Of a DNA stretch of 64,000 bases, positions 30,665 to 41,662 are shown one piece after another. The number at the start of each line of letters is the position of its first letter. Position 1 is the first letter of the stretch. The stretch covers positions 672,001 to 736,000 of the forward strand of contig CAVVEU010000024.1 of assembly GCA_963747235.1 (NCBI GenBank), in the 5' to 3' direction. The notes beneath the pieces were generated by a model, which worked only from the letters and a program-made list of their open reading frames with translations, was not told where the DNA came from and did not search any database. The DNA comes from an uncultured Candidatus Rokubacteria bacterium (lineage in GTDB: Bacteria > Methylomirabilota > Methylomirabilia > Rokubacteriales > CSP1-6). The translations under genes were made by a program, and so were the position numbers.

Positions 30665-30709
30665 CCCTCCTCACCCTCTCCCCGCTCGGGGAGAGGGTAG
30701 GGTGAGGGG
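30665..30709. repeat. REP-like palindromic element (family A, copy 1)
   Basis: accctctccccg-ct-cggggagagggt followed by agggtgagggg; related copies at 42883, 46255 and 49093. Confidence 0.8.
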
Positions 30710-30730
30710 CGGGATGGTGAGACGGAACCG

Positions 30731-30764
30731 GGGGCAGCGGCGATCGCCGCTGCCCCTTTGTCTT
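30731..30764 (+). terminator. Intrinsic terminator-like hairpin between convergent operons
   Basis: Perfect palindrome ggggcagcggcgatcgccgctgcccc followed by tttgtctt. Confidence 0.65.
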
Positions 30765-30766
30765 CC

Positions 30767-31708
30767 TCAGCTCCCCGGCCGCCCGCCGCCGCCGCGGAGC
30801 CGCGGATCGAGCACGTCGCGCAGCGCGTCGCCCAGCATGTTGAACCCGAAGACGGCGAGGGAGATGGCCGCGCCCGGCCAGATGGCCATCCACGGCGCCC
30901 GGTACATGAACGAGCGGCCGGAGCCCGAGAGCATGGCGCCCCAGGACGGGTAGGGGGGCGGCACGCCGAAGCCCAGGAACGAGAGCGCCGACTCGGCGAG
31001 GATGGCGGCCCCGAGCCCGATGGTGGCCAGGATGATGACGGTGGCGGCCACATTCGGCAGGATATACCGGAGCATGATGCGCAGGTGCCCCGCGCCGAGC
31101 GCCCGCGCCGCCTCCACGTAGGTGTTCTGCATCACGCTGATGGTGGTCCCGCGGATCACCCGGGAGGCGGCCGCCGCGCCCAGCACCCCCAGCGCCAGGA
31201 CCAGGTTGAGCAAACCCGGCCCGAGGACGGCCATCAGCGAGAGGATCACCACCAGGAACGGGAAGGACTGCCAGGCGTCGACCACCCGCTGCACACAGAT
31301 GTCGTAGGCGCCGCCGAAGTAGCCGCTGGTGATGCCGATGACGGTGGCGAGGACGTTGGCGAGGAGGACGGCCCCGAAGCCGACCGTCACCGACACCGCG
31401 GCGCCGTACACCACGCGGCTGTAGACGTCGCGGCCCAGGTTGTCGGTGCCGAACCAGAACTGCGCGCCCGGGGCTTTCATGCGCGCGCCCGGGATGGTCT
31501 CGTCGTACTGGTAGGGCGCGATCCACGGCGCGAAGACCGCCATGATCAGCAACCCCACCACGATGAAGCCGCCGATCGCGCCCAGGGGTTTGCGTCGGCA
31601 GAACTGCCAGAGAGCTTGCAGGACGGCCGCGGGCGGTTGGGCGACCGCGCTCTTATTGTTTGTTAGCCGGTCGCCCCAAGGGGCGACCTCTATAGGGTTG
31701 CTTCGCAT
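30767..31708 (-). CDS. Peptide/nickel-type ABC permease (DppC/OppC)
   Basis: FGTDNLGRDVYSRVVYGA, YVEAARALGA, ESALSFLGFG, PSWGAML, FNMLGDALRD. Confidence 0.92.
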   Translation of the reverse strand: MRSNPIEVAPWGDRLTNNKSAVAQPPAAVLQALWQFCRRKPLGAIGGFIVVGLLIMAVFAPWIAPYQYDETIPGARMKAPGAQFWFGTDNLGRDVYSRVVYGAAVSVTVGFGAVLLANVLATVIGITSGYFGGAYDICVQRVVDAWQSFPFLVVILSLMAVLGPGLLNLVLALGVLGAAAASRVIRGTTISVMQNTYVEAARALGAGHLRIMLRYILPNVAATVIILATIGLGAAILAESALSFLGFGVPPPYPSWGAMLSGSGRSFMYRAPWMAIWPGAAISLAVFGFNMLGDALRDVLDPRLRGGGGRPGS

Positions 31709-31734
31709 GTTCTGGTGCGGGTTGCTTGCATTGT

Positions 31735-32676
31735 CTAGTACCGAATTCTCGGGTCGAGGAAGGCGTAGAACGCGTCGACGATCAGGTTGATCAGGACCAC
31801 CACGCTCACGATGAGCAGGTTCACGCCCTGGATGACCGGATAGTCGCGCTGGTTGATCGCGTCGAAGAGGAAGCGGCCCATGCCGGGCAGCCCGAAGATG
31901 CTCTCGAAGATCACGGTGCCGCCCAGGATCTGGGCGACCTGGATGCCGAGGATGGTGATGACCGGGATCAGGGCGTTCTTGAGGCTGTGCTTGATGACCA
32001 CCACGCGCTCGCGCAGCCCCTTGGCCCACGCGGTGCGCACGTAGTCCTGGCGCAGCACCTCGAGGAGCGTGCCGCGGGTCAGGCGCATGATCGCGGCGGC
32101 GGAGGCGATGCCCAGGATGAAGGCGGGCAGCAGGAACTGAGCGAAGTGGGCCCACGGATCCGCCGAGAAGGCGGTGAACTGGATGGGCGGGCTCCAGCCC
32201 CACCAGATCGCGGGGAGCAGCACGCACAGGGTGGCGATCCAGAAACCCGGCACCGAGAGCCCGAGGATGGCCAGGCTGCGCATGGCGTAGTCGGCCAGGG
32301 TGTCCTGGCGGATCGCGGCGAGCACCCCGATCGGGACCGCGATGACGATCGCGAAGAACAGGGCCAGCACGCCCAGCTCGAGGCTGATGGGCAGGCGGCG
32401 CGCCAGCTCCTCCAGCACCGGGCGCTTGGTCCAGAGCGACTCGCCCAGGTCGCCGCGCGTCACCTGGCCGAGCCACTCCACGTACTGGATGTACATCGGC
32501 CGGTTCAGGCCGAGCTTGGCGCGGAGGTCGTCGAGGTCCTTGCCGTAGGCCTTCTCCTCGAGCATGAGCTGCACGACGTCGCCCGGGATCAGCCGAGGCA
32601 GGCTGAAGACGATGAGGGAGGCGATCAGCAGCGACGGGATCGCCACCAGCAGACGGCGCAGGACGTAGCGCTTCAC
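31735..32676 (-). CDS. Peptide/nickel-type ABC permease (DppB/OppB)
   Basis: LIPGD, GDLGESL, DYVRTAWAKGL, HSLKNALIP, RDYPVIQG, LDPRIRY. Confidence 0.95.
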   Translation of the reverse strand: MKRYVLRRLLVAIPSLLIASLIVFSLPRLIPGDVVQLMLEEKAYGKDLDDLRAKLGLNRPMYIQYVEWLGQVTRGDLGESLWTKRPVLEELARRLPISLELGVLALFFAIVIAVPIGVLAAIRQDTLADYAMRSLAILGLSVPGFWIATLCVLLPAIWWGWSPPIQFTAFSADPWAHFAQFLLPAFILGIASAAAIMRLTRGTLLEVLRQDYVRTAWAKGLRERVVVIKHSLKNALIPVITILGIQVAQILGGTVIFESIFGLPGMGRFLFDAINQRDYPVIQGVNLLIVSVVVLINLIVDAFYAFLDPRIRY

Positions 32677-32754
32677 GTCACGCGGCCTTGTTGGCCTTGC
32701 GCGTGGTAGGGCGACCGGTCCTGTGGGCGGCGCGCGTGGTAATGCGACGCCCTA

Positions 32755-34408
32755 TTATTTATCCAGCCACGCGACCATGAGGCGGCCGCCGTAGTCGTGG
32801 CCGATGTTCGGGCCGAAGTTCTTGACGTAGGGCATCCAGGCGCCGACCGCGCTCACCGAGGGGCCGTAGCCGTAGTAGACCTGCTGGGAGGCGTAGCGCT
32901 GGATGTCGTAGACGATCTCGCGCCGCTTCTTGTCGTCGAAGGTGCGGCGCTGGAGCTTGATCATCTCGGTGAGCTTCGGATCGTTGACCCCGGAGGAGTT
33001 GAGCGGCTCGCCGGGCAGGAACGGGGTGAAGTAGGTGTCGGGGTCGGTGGTGCCCCCGCGCAGGGTCACCATGCTCTTCTCGAACTTGCCGAAGATCGCG
33101 CTCGAGACGAAGGCGCCGTACTCCTTGAGCTTGAGGTCGCGCCTCGATCCCGCCCTGCTTCCAGTTGCGGAGCGCCACCTGCACCGCGTCCATCCAGTCC
33201 GGCCCGTAGCCGGGCGTGGTCTCGACCGGGACCTTGAGGCCGCTGGGATGGCCGGCCTCGGCGAGCAGCCGCTTGGCCCCGGCGGGGTCGAACTCGTAGA
33301 GCTTGCGCCCCTCCGCGGGGAGCTGGTCGATCGGGATCGACCACTCCTTGAGCGCGGCCGGGATGAGCGGGTTCGGCGCGCCCTTGCCCTGCGACCAGGC
33401 ATTGGTCTCGAGCATCTCCCGCCAGTCCTGGGCCATCGCGAAGGCCCGGCGCACCCGCACGTCCTTGAACGGCTCCTGGTCGAGCTTCATCGCGGTGTAG
33501 CCGCCGAACACCACGATGTAGTCCCGCATGCCGAGCCCCTTGACGCGCCGGAGCGCGATGTCGAGGTCGCTGCGGCGGATCACCATGCCGTACTCCGGGC
33601 CGAAGTCGAACTCGCCGGACGAGGAACTGGGCGAAGGCGGCCGCGGGGTCCGTGGAGATCGTGATGTCCACCCCGTCCGCGTAGGGCAGCCCCGGCACGA
33701 AGTAGTTCGGGTTGCGGACGAACGTCATCCGGACGTTGGGCTCGTAGCTCTGGAACATCCAGGGGCCGGTGCCGACCACGCTCTCCGGCTTCTTGAGATC
33801 GCCGTACTGGTCCACGCACTCCTTGGCGATGATCCAGGTGGACGTCGAGGCCAGCCGGTCGACGAACCAGGCGTTGGGCTCGCGCAGGGTGAACTTCACG
33901 GTGTACTTGTCGAGGGCCTCGACCTTGTCGACCATCTCGAGGATGGCACTTGTTGGCGTTGCCCTTGATGGTGAGGAAGCGGTCGTAGGTGTAGCGCACG
34001 TCCTCGGCGGTCAGCTCCCGGCCGTTGACCGGGGGCTTGTTGTGCCAGCGAACGCCCTTCTTGAGCTTGAACACGTAGACGGTGTCGCCCTGCCGCTCCC
34101 ACGACTCCGCGAGGTCGCCCTCGATCGGCTGGGTGCCGGGCACCACCGCCGAGCCGCCCTTGACCTTGACGAGGCGGCTGTAGGCGAACGACAGCGGGAT
34201 CATGGTCGAGAAGGCGATGGTCTGCTGCGGGTCGAAGTGCACCGGCGGCACGTGGGAGCGCAGGCGGAACCGGCCCCCGCGCTTCGGGGTCTGGGCCTCC
34301 GCCGGCCGGGCGCCGGCCAGGACGAGCGAGGTGGCGCCGACCGCGAGGGCGGCGCCACCCAGCTTGAGCACGTCACGACGGGTCAGCGACGAGGCCGAGC
34401 TGATCCAT
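32755..34408 (-). CDS. ABC solute-binding protein family 5 (DppA-like), Tat-exported; several indels
   Basis: TRRDVL, EGDLAESW, GVRWHNKPPVNGRELTAEDV, VGTGPW, DVRVRRA, YGGRLMVAWLDK*. Confidence 0.85.
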
Positions 34409-34429
34409 GGCGAGTCTCCTTGTCGTCGG

Positions 34430-36104
34430 CTACCGGTCGAGCCAGGCGGCCATCAGGCGGCCGCCGTAGTCGTAGCCGAGGTTCGGGCGCGTAGTTCTTC
34501 ACGCGCGCCGTCCCAGACCGCGACGTACGACGCCGGACGGGCGTCTAGCACGTAGTACTGCTGCTTGGCGAGATGGCGCTGGATGTCGTAGAGGATCTCG
34601 CGGCGCTTGGCCGGGTCCAAGGTGCGGCGCTGGCGGACGAGCAGGTCGGTGACGCATCGGGGTCGTTGACGTGGCCAGGTTCTGGGGCTCGCCCGGGTAG
34701 TACGGGCCGTAGAGGAAGTTGTCGGGGTCGAGGAACGGGCGTCTGCGGGGCCGAAGGCCATCGACGTCGAACGTTGCCGTAGAACGTGGTCGAGATGAAG
34801 GCGCCGTACTCCTTCTGGTTCGAGCTTGGCCTCGATGCCCACGTCCTTCAGGTACTTGAGGACGAGCTGGCATGGTCCATCGAGCACGGTGGAGCCGTAG
34901 GTCGTCGAAGCTCATGGTGACCGGGAAGCCGCTGCGGGAGGCCCGCCTCGGCGAGGAGCTGCTGGGCCTCGCGCGGGATCGTACTTGTAGTACTGCGCGC
35001 CCTCGCCGAGCTGGCTCGACGGGAGCGACCACTCCTTGAGCGCGGCGGCACCGCCGGGTTGCAGACGTGCCGACGCCCTCGTAGGTCGCGTCGATGACGC
35101 CCTTGCGGTCCAGCGCCATGCGACATCGCCCGCCGCACGCGCACGTCGTTGAAGGGCTGGCTTGTCCGCGCGCATGTAGACGTGGCTCATCGACGTTGGC
35201 CGGGAACTCCGTCGGTCTGGAGCCGGGGCCGCTTCTGCTTCAGCACGTCCTTGAGCTGCACCCAGTCGGTGCGGTTGATGGTGCCGGGGATCTCCCAGCC
35301 GATGTCGTACTTGCCGCGAGATGAAGGCGGCGATGCGCGAGGCGTTGTCCTCGTCGACCGTGACCTCGACGCGGTCGATGTAGGGCAGGCCCGGGCGGAA
35401 GTAGGTCGGGTTGCGGACGAAGGTCAGCCGACGTTGGGGCGGTAGCTGTCGAGCATCCACGGGCCGGTGCCGACCACCGCCTCGGGCTTCTTGAGATCGC
35501 CGAACTTGTCGACGCACCTCCTTGGCCACGATGGCAGACGGCCATCGGGTTCAGGCGAGCATGTCGAGGAACCAGGCGAAGGGCTCCTTCAGGGTGAACC
35601 GGACGGTGTAGCTGTCGAGCGCCTCGACCTGGTCGACCGACGTCAGCATGTAGCGCGGTTGGAGTTGCCCTTGACCGTTGATGAAGCGCTCGATGCTGTA
35701 CACGACGTCGTCGGCGGTCAGCTCGCGGCCGTTCACCGGCGGCTTGTTGTGCCAGCGCACGCCGCGGCGGAGCTTGAACACGTAGGTGGTCTCGTTGGGC
35801 TGGGTCCAGGACTCGGCGAGGTCGCCCTCGAGCGGAGCGTCCCCGGCGCGACGCGCGGGCCCGCCTTGTGGCGGACGCAGCCGGCTGTGGGTGAAGGTGA
35901 GCACGATGTGCGTCTTGTACGGAGACTGATGAGCATGCGGATCGAAGTGGGGCGGATCCCAGCAGGCGGAGGCTGAGGGTGCCGCCGCGCTTCGGGCGTC
36001 TGGGCGCGCGCGATGGACGGGGCGCCCAGGACGGCGGCGGCCCCGCCGCTGAGCTTGAGAAGGTCGCGGCGGCTCAGCGGGAGACGGGTATGGTCCGGCG
36101 TCAT
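34430..36104 (-). CDS. ABC solute-binding protein family 5, Tat-exported; many indels
   Basis: SRRDLL, EGDLAESWTQPNETTYVFKLRRGVRWHNKPP, DEDNASRIAAF, ..MAAWLDR*. Confidence 0.8.
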
Positions 36105-36203
36105 CCGTATTCCTCCAGTCGTCGTTGACATCGAGATAACGGACAGCGGTGGCAGCGTTCGCCATCTGGCGGGAAACGCCTCCGATGTCACGAATTCTGC
36201 TCG

Positions 36204-37874
36204 CTAGCGATCGAGCCAGGCGGCCATGAGCCGGCCGCCGTAGTCGTAGCCCAGGTTCGGGCCGTAGTTCTTCAGCGCGCCGTCCCAGACCGCGACGTAG
36301 ATCGCCGGACCGGATCTGCACGTAGTACTGCTGCTTGGCGAGGTAGCGCTGGATCTCGAAGATGATCTCGCGGCGCTTGGCCGGGTCCATGCGTGCGGCG
36401 CTGGCGGACGAGCATGTCGGCCACGCACCGGGTCGTTGATGTGGCCGTGGTTCTTGATCTCGCCCGGGTAGTACTGGCCGTAGAGGAAGTTGTCCGGCTC
36501 CAGGAACGGGTCTGGGGCCCGAAGGCCATCGACGTCGTACTTGCCGTAGAACGTGGTCGCGATGTAGGCCCCGTACTCCTTGGTGTTCGAGCTTGGCGTC
36601 GATGCCCACGTCCTTCAGGTTCTTCAGCACGAGCTGGCAGATGTCGATCGAGGACCTGGGAGCCGTAGGTGGTGAAGTCCATCGTGGCCTGGAAGCCCTT
36701 CGGATGGCCGGCCTCGGCCAGGAGCTTGCGGGCCGCCGCGGGATCGTACTTGAAGTACTGCGCGCCCTCGCCGAGCTGGTCGACCGGGACCGACCACTCC
36801 TTGAGCGCGGCCGGCACCGCCGGGTTGAGCACGCCCGACGCCCTCGCACACCGCGTCGATGATGCCCTTGCCGGTCGATGGCCAGCGACATGGCCCGGCG
36901 CACGCGCACGTCGTTGAACGGCGGCTTGTCGGTGCGGATGTAGATGTGGCTCATGACGTTGGCGGGAAGTCGATGGTCTTCAGGCTCGGCCGCCGCTGCT
37001 TGAGCGTGTCCTTGATCTGCACCCAGTCCGCGCGGTTGATCGCGCCCGGGAACTCCCAGCCGAGGTCGTACTTGCCCGCGATGAAGGCGGCCATGCGCGA
37101 GGCGTTGTCCTCGTCCACGAAGACCTCGACCTTGTCGATGTGGGGGAGGCCCGCGACGAAGTAGCTCGGGTTGCGCACGAAGCGTGAATGCCCACGTTGG
37201 GCCGGTAGCTGTCGAGCATCCACGGGCCGGTGCCCACCGTGGCCTCGGGCTTCTTGAGGTCGCCGAACTTCTCCACGCACTCCTTGGCCACGATGCGGCA
37301 CCGCGTGCGGGTTGGCCAGGATGTCGAGGAACCAGACGTAGGGCTCCTTCAGGGTGAACCGGACGGTGTACTTGTCGAGCGCCTCGACCGGTCGAGCGAC
37401 GGCCAGCATGTAGGCGTTGGCGTTGCCCTTGACGGTGCGGAAGCGCTCCACCGAGTAGAGGACGTCGTCGGCCGTCACCTCGCGGCCGTTGACCGGCGGC
37501 TTGTTGTGCCAGCGCACGCCGCGGCGCAGCTTGAAGACGTAGGTGGTCTCGTTGGGCTGGGTCCAGGACTCGGCGAGGTCGCCCTCGATGCGGGAAGGTG
37601 CCGGGCGCCACCCCGGGCCCGACCTTGTGCTTGAGCAGCCGGCTGTGGGTGAACGAGTACGCGATGTGCGTCTTGTACGAGACGGTGAGGTGCGGGTCCC
37701 AGTGCGGCGGGTCCCAGAGCCGCAGGTTCAGAGTCCCGCCCCGCTTGGGCGTCTGGGCCCGATGCGGCGGGAGGCGCGATCGCGGGGGCCAGAGCGGAGG
37801 CCGGCGAGGGCGCCCCCTCCGAGCTTCAGCAGATCACGGCGGCTCAGCGGGAGACGGGCGAGGTCCGGAGTCAT
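36204..37874 (-). CDS. ABC solute-binding protein family 5, Tat-exported; many indels; close paralog of 34430..36104
   Basis: SRRDLL, RWHNKPPVNGREVTADDV, DEDNASRMAAF, YGPNLGYDYGGRLMAAWLDR*. Confidence 0.8.
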
Positions 37875-37977
37875 CCGCAGTCCTCCCGAGTCGTCGTTGA
37901 CGTTGAGAGACGGTACCGAAGGCCATGGATTTGCGACAATCTGGAGGGAAACCCGGCCGATGTCAAGCTGAGGGCCG

Positions 37978-38838
37978 TCAGCCCTTGAGGTGCCTCTCGA
38001 AGAAGGCCAGGCAGCGCTTCCAGGCGTCCTCGCTGGCTTCCTTCTTGTAGACCTGCGGCCGGTCGTCGGAGAAGAACGCGTGGGGCGCGTCGGGGTAGAG
38101 GATGAACTCGACGTTCGCGTTGCCCACCTTCCGCAGCTCGGCCTCGAAGCTCCGGACGTCGGCGGAGGGGATGCCGGGGTCGGCGTCGCCGTAGAGGCCG
38201 AGCACGGGCGCCTTGATCCGGCTCACCAGGCTGAAGGCGTCCACGCCGGGCGCGTCCGAGTAGACGCGCTTGACCTGCCCGTACCACGGCACCGCCGCGG
38301 TCACGCCGGGATACTCGGCGGCGGTGTGCAGCGTGAGCGCGCCGCCCCCGCAGAAGCCGGTGACCCCGAGGCGGTCGGCCCGCGCCCAGGACTGCTGCTT
38401 GGCGTGGTCGGCGGCGGCCCGGATGTCGCTCAGGTACTGGGCCCGCGTGACCCGGCCCGCGATCTGGCCCATCTCCTGGAAGTTCTTGCCCTGCATGCCG
38501 CCCTCGCGGGAGTACAGCTCGGGAGCGATCGCGTAGTAGCCGGCCTGGGCGAAGCGGCGCACCACGTCCTTGTGCTGCTCGGAGTTGCCGGTGAAGCCGG
38601 AGATGACGACCACGATGGGATAGCGGCCGGCCGCCTCGGGGCGGGCGTCGTAGGCGGGGATCGTGGCGCCGGCCGACGAGAGCTGCCCGCTCGACGAAAT
38701 CTGGATGTCCCGGGCGATGATCCCCTTGCTATCGGTCGTGATGGCCTGGGCCAGCACGACGCCCGGCGTGAGCACGCCTCCGACGGTGGTGAAGGCGCCG
38801 TACTTCAGAACCTCGCGACGGCTGAGCGGATTGGCCAT
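37978..38838 (-). CDS. Dienelactone hydrolase family protein, Tat-exported
   Basis: SRREVL, nucleophile elbow TGFCGGG, GLYGDADPGI, HAFFSDDRP. Confidence 0.9.
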   Translation of the reverse strand: MANPLSRREVLKYGAFTTVGGVLTPGVVLAQAITTDSKGIIARDIQISSSGQLSSAGATIPAYDARPEAAGRYPIVVVISGFTGNSEQHKDVVRRFAQAGYYAIAPELYSREGGMQGKNFQEMGQIAGRVTRAQYLSDIRAAADHAKQQSWARADRLGVTGFCGGGALTLHTAAEYPGVTAAVPWYGQVKRVYSDAPGVDAFSLVSRIKAPVLGLYGDADPGIPSADVRSFEAELRKVGNANVEFILYPDAPHAFFSDDRPQVYKKEASEDAWKRCLAFFERHLKG

Positions 38839-38890
38839 GGGTGTCCTCCCTGGCCAGATCTAACTCGCCGGAGCCGGGCCCGGTTCCCGC

Positions 38891-40850
38891 TCAGGCCGCG
38901 ACGAGCCGCTCGAGCCTCACGCGCGTCTCGCCGTACGCCGCCATCTGGCCGAAGTTGGACATGATGTCCTCGGTCAGCACGTTGGCGCCCCCGCCGCGCT
39001 TGATCCAGGTACCGACCGGCATGATGACCATGCCGCGCCCGATCCGCGCGTCCACGAGCACCAGGACCTCCAGGTGACCGACGGGGGAGCGGATGATCGC
39101 GCGCTCGCCGCTCTCGATGCCGTACTGCCGGGCGGTCTCGGCGCTGATGCGGATCGAGGCGATGGACGGGTGCTCCTTCTCGAGGATCTGGGAGAGGAGC
39201 CACTTCTTGCTGTAGTTGGTCACGAGCGTGAGCGGATAGTCCGGCACCACGCGCGGCGCGTGGTCGAGCTTGGTGATGAACTCGAAGCGGCCCGACTTGG
39301 TCGGGTAGACGTGATCCGCGAAGGGCACCATGGGCGCCACCGGGCAGCGCACCGGGCCTTCCATGACCTGGTCGATGCTCACCCCGCGCTTGGTGAGCGG
39401 GGTGAAGATGCGCGAGAGCCAGTCGCGCGGGGCGCCCGCCATCTCGGGGCCGATGCCCAGGCGGTCGGCGAGCTGCTGGAAGATCGTGAGGTCGGAGCGC
39501 GCCTCGCCCACCGGCTCGATCACCCGGTTCACCCCGCCGATGATGTTGTGCCCCCACGACACCAGCATGTCCTCCTCCTCGAGGAAGGTGGTGGTGGGGA
39601 GGAACACGTGGGCGTAGTCGGTGGTGTCGGTGAGCACCTGGTCCACCACCACGATGAACTCCAGGCCGGCCAGGGCCTGCGCGACCCGGTTCGAGTTGGG
39701 CGACTGGTTCACCGGGTTGCCGCTGTTGACGAACATCATGCGGACCGGCGGCTGCTGCGCCTCCAGGAGCCCGCGGCCGAGCAGGGGCTCCGGGATCGCG
39801 CGATGATGCGTGGCGCGGTCGGCGGCCTCCACCGTCTTGTCGAAGTGCCGCTGGGTGTTGTAGCCGTGCGAGACGCCGCCGCCCGGCACCCCGATGTGGC
39901 CGCAGAGGGCGCCGAGGGCGTCCACGCAGCGGAACATCTCCGCGCTGTGCTGGTACTTGTTGAGGCCCCACCCGAGGAGGACGGACGCGGGCTTGGTGCG
40001 TCGCGTATTCCCGCGCGAGCGCCCGGATCGTCTCTTCCGTCAGCTCGCACGCGGCGGCCAGCTCGGCGAGCGGCCGGGCGTCGAGCAGCGCGCGGTACTC
40101 CGCGAAGCCGTGCGCGTGCCGCTCGAGGTACCCGCGGTCCTCGAGGCCCTCCTCGAGGATGACCTTGGCCATGGCCATCGCGAGCTCCGCGTCGGTGGCC
40201 ACGCGCGGCTGCACGTGCTCGTCGCAGAAGTTCGCCGACTCGCTCCGCACCGGGTCGATCAGGATGACGCGGCCGCCGCGCTTGCGGATCTCCTTGAGGA
40301 TCGGCACCGTGTGGAGGTTGGTGGCCATCGGGTTGCGGCCCCAGAGCAGCACGAGGCGGCTGTTGAGCATGTCGGACGGGTCGTGGCCGGCGCGCACGCC
40401 GAAGTCGAGGGCCTGCCCGGCCCGCGCGGCGCCGCTACAGAGCGAGCCGCTCGTGGTGGTCACCCCGCCCAGCAGGTTCCAGAAGCGCCGGCTCAGGAGC
40501 TTGGTGGCGCCCCAGGAGCCGGTGCGCTGGTAGTGCATGATGGACAGCGGGCCCGGGTCGGCCAGGTAGCCGCGGATCTTGTCCGCCACCAGGTCGAGCG
40601 CCTCGTCCCACGTGATCCGATCCCAGCCGCCGTCCGTCCGGCCGTTGCTCCGCTTGAGCGGATGGAGCTGACGCTCCGGGCTGTAGACGCGCTCCGGGAA
40701 GCGATAGGTCTTGCCGCAGAGGTAGCCCTGGGTGAACTCGTGATCGGGATGGCCCTCGAGCTTCACGACGCGCCCGTCCTTCACGTGGGCGATGATCCCG
40801 CAGCCGTCCGGGCAGTCCAGCGTGCACGAGGTGTAGATCTTCTGTTCCAT
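38891..40850 (-). CDS. Molybdopterin (DMSO-reductase family) oxidoreductase with a 4Fe-4S site, cytoplasmic; frameshift near 40000
   Basis: CTLDCPDGC...LCGK, candidate Cys ligand SLCSGA, LWGRNP, IDPVRS, NSGNP, TDTTDYAHVFLP. Confidence 0.88.
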
Positions 40851-40851
40851 C

Positions 40852-41538
40852 CTAGGGAACTCTCCTGGTCCGGGATGACCGCCGACCCCGGCGGGGCCGG
40901 GTCGGCGCGGGGGGCGCCGGCGCCTTCCACCAGCCGTACTCGCGTCCGGGCCCGCGGCCGGGCGCGGCGACCATCAGCACCTTGGCGTCCACGCGCCCGA
41001 CGTTCTTGCCCATGTGCGGGATCTCGGCGTTGAAGTAGAGGCAGTCACCCGTCTTGAGCGGGATCTTCTCGTCGCCGAGCTGGAAGAGGATCTCGCCCTG
41101 CAGGACGAACGACAGCTCCTCGCCCTCGTGCGCGGTCAGCACGTCGGCCCGGTTCTTGACCGGGAACGTCAGCACGAAGGCGTCCATGCGCTGCCCGGGC
41201 CAGCCCACCGCCATCGGCTGATACGTGTAGCCGGTCGCGGGCACGTCCTGGGGCGGCCGCCGCTCGGCCGCGCGCACCAGCGCGTAGTGCTGCGTGGTGG
41301 TCGTGCCGGACACGCCCTGGAAGAGCTGTCCCAGGTCGATGCCGACGGTGCGGGTGATGAGGATGAGATTGGCGATCGAGGTCGAGACGCGGCCGCGCTC
41401 GAGCCGCGACAGGAACGGCTCGGAGAGCCCGGTCTTCTCGCTGAGCGCGCGCAGGGTGAGGCGCTGCGTCCGGCGCGCTTCCCGGAGGCGTGCCGCCACC
41501 GCGTCCACCAGCTGCCTCGTTTCTGGGCTTTCGTCCAA
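40852..41538 (-). CDS. XRE-family HTH + cupin transcriptional regulator
   Basis: LREARRTQRLTLRALSEKTGLSEPFLSRLERG; HEGEELSFVLQG; GDCLYFNAEIPH; start uncertain. Confidence 0.9.
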   Translation of the reverse strand: MDESPETRQLVDAVAARLREARRTQRLTLRALSEKTGLSEPFLSRLERGRVSTSIANLILITRTVGIDLGQLFQGVSGTTTTQHYALVRAAERRPPQDVPATGYTYQPMAVGWPGQRMDAFVLTFPVKNRADVLTAHEGEELSFVLQGEILFQLGDEKIPLKTGDCLYFNAEIPHMGKNVGRVDAKVLMVAAPGRGPGREYGWWKAPAPPAPTRPRRGRRSSRTRRVP

Positions 41539-41662
41539 AGCAATCTCCGCTTGCCTGAGAGGAAACCACTCGGCTATGCTCCCTGTCAAGCGCGGAGAAT
41601 CGTCTTGACTCTCTCCGCGCATTTGCTTTACTCGGCGCAACACGACCACGAGGAGGTTCCGC

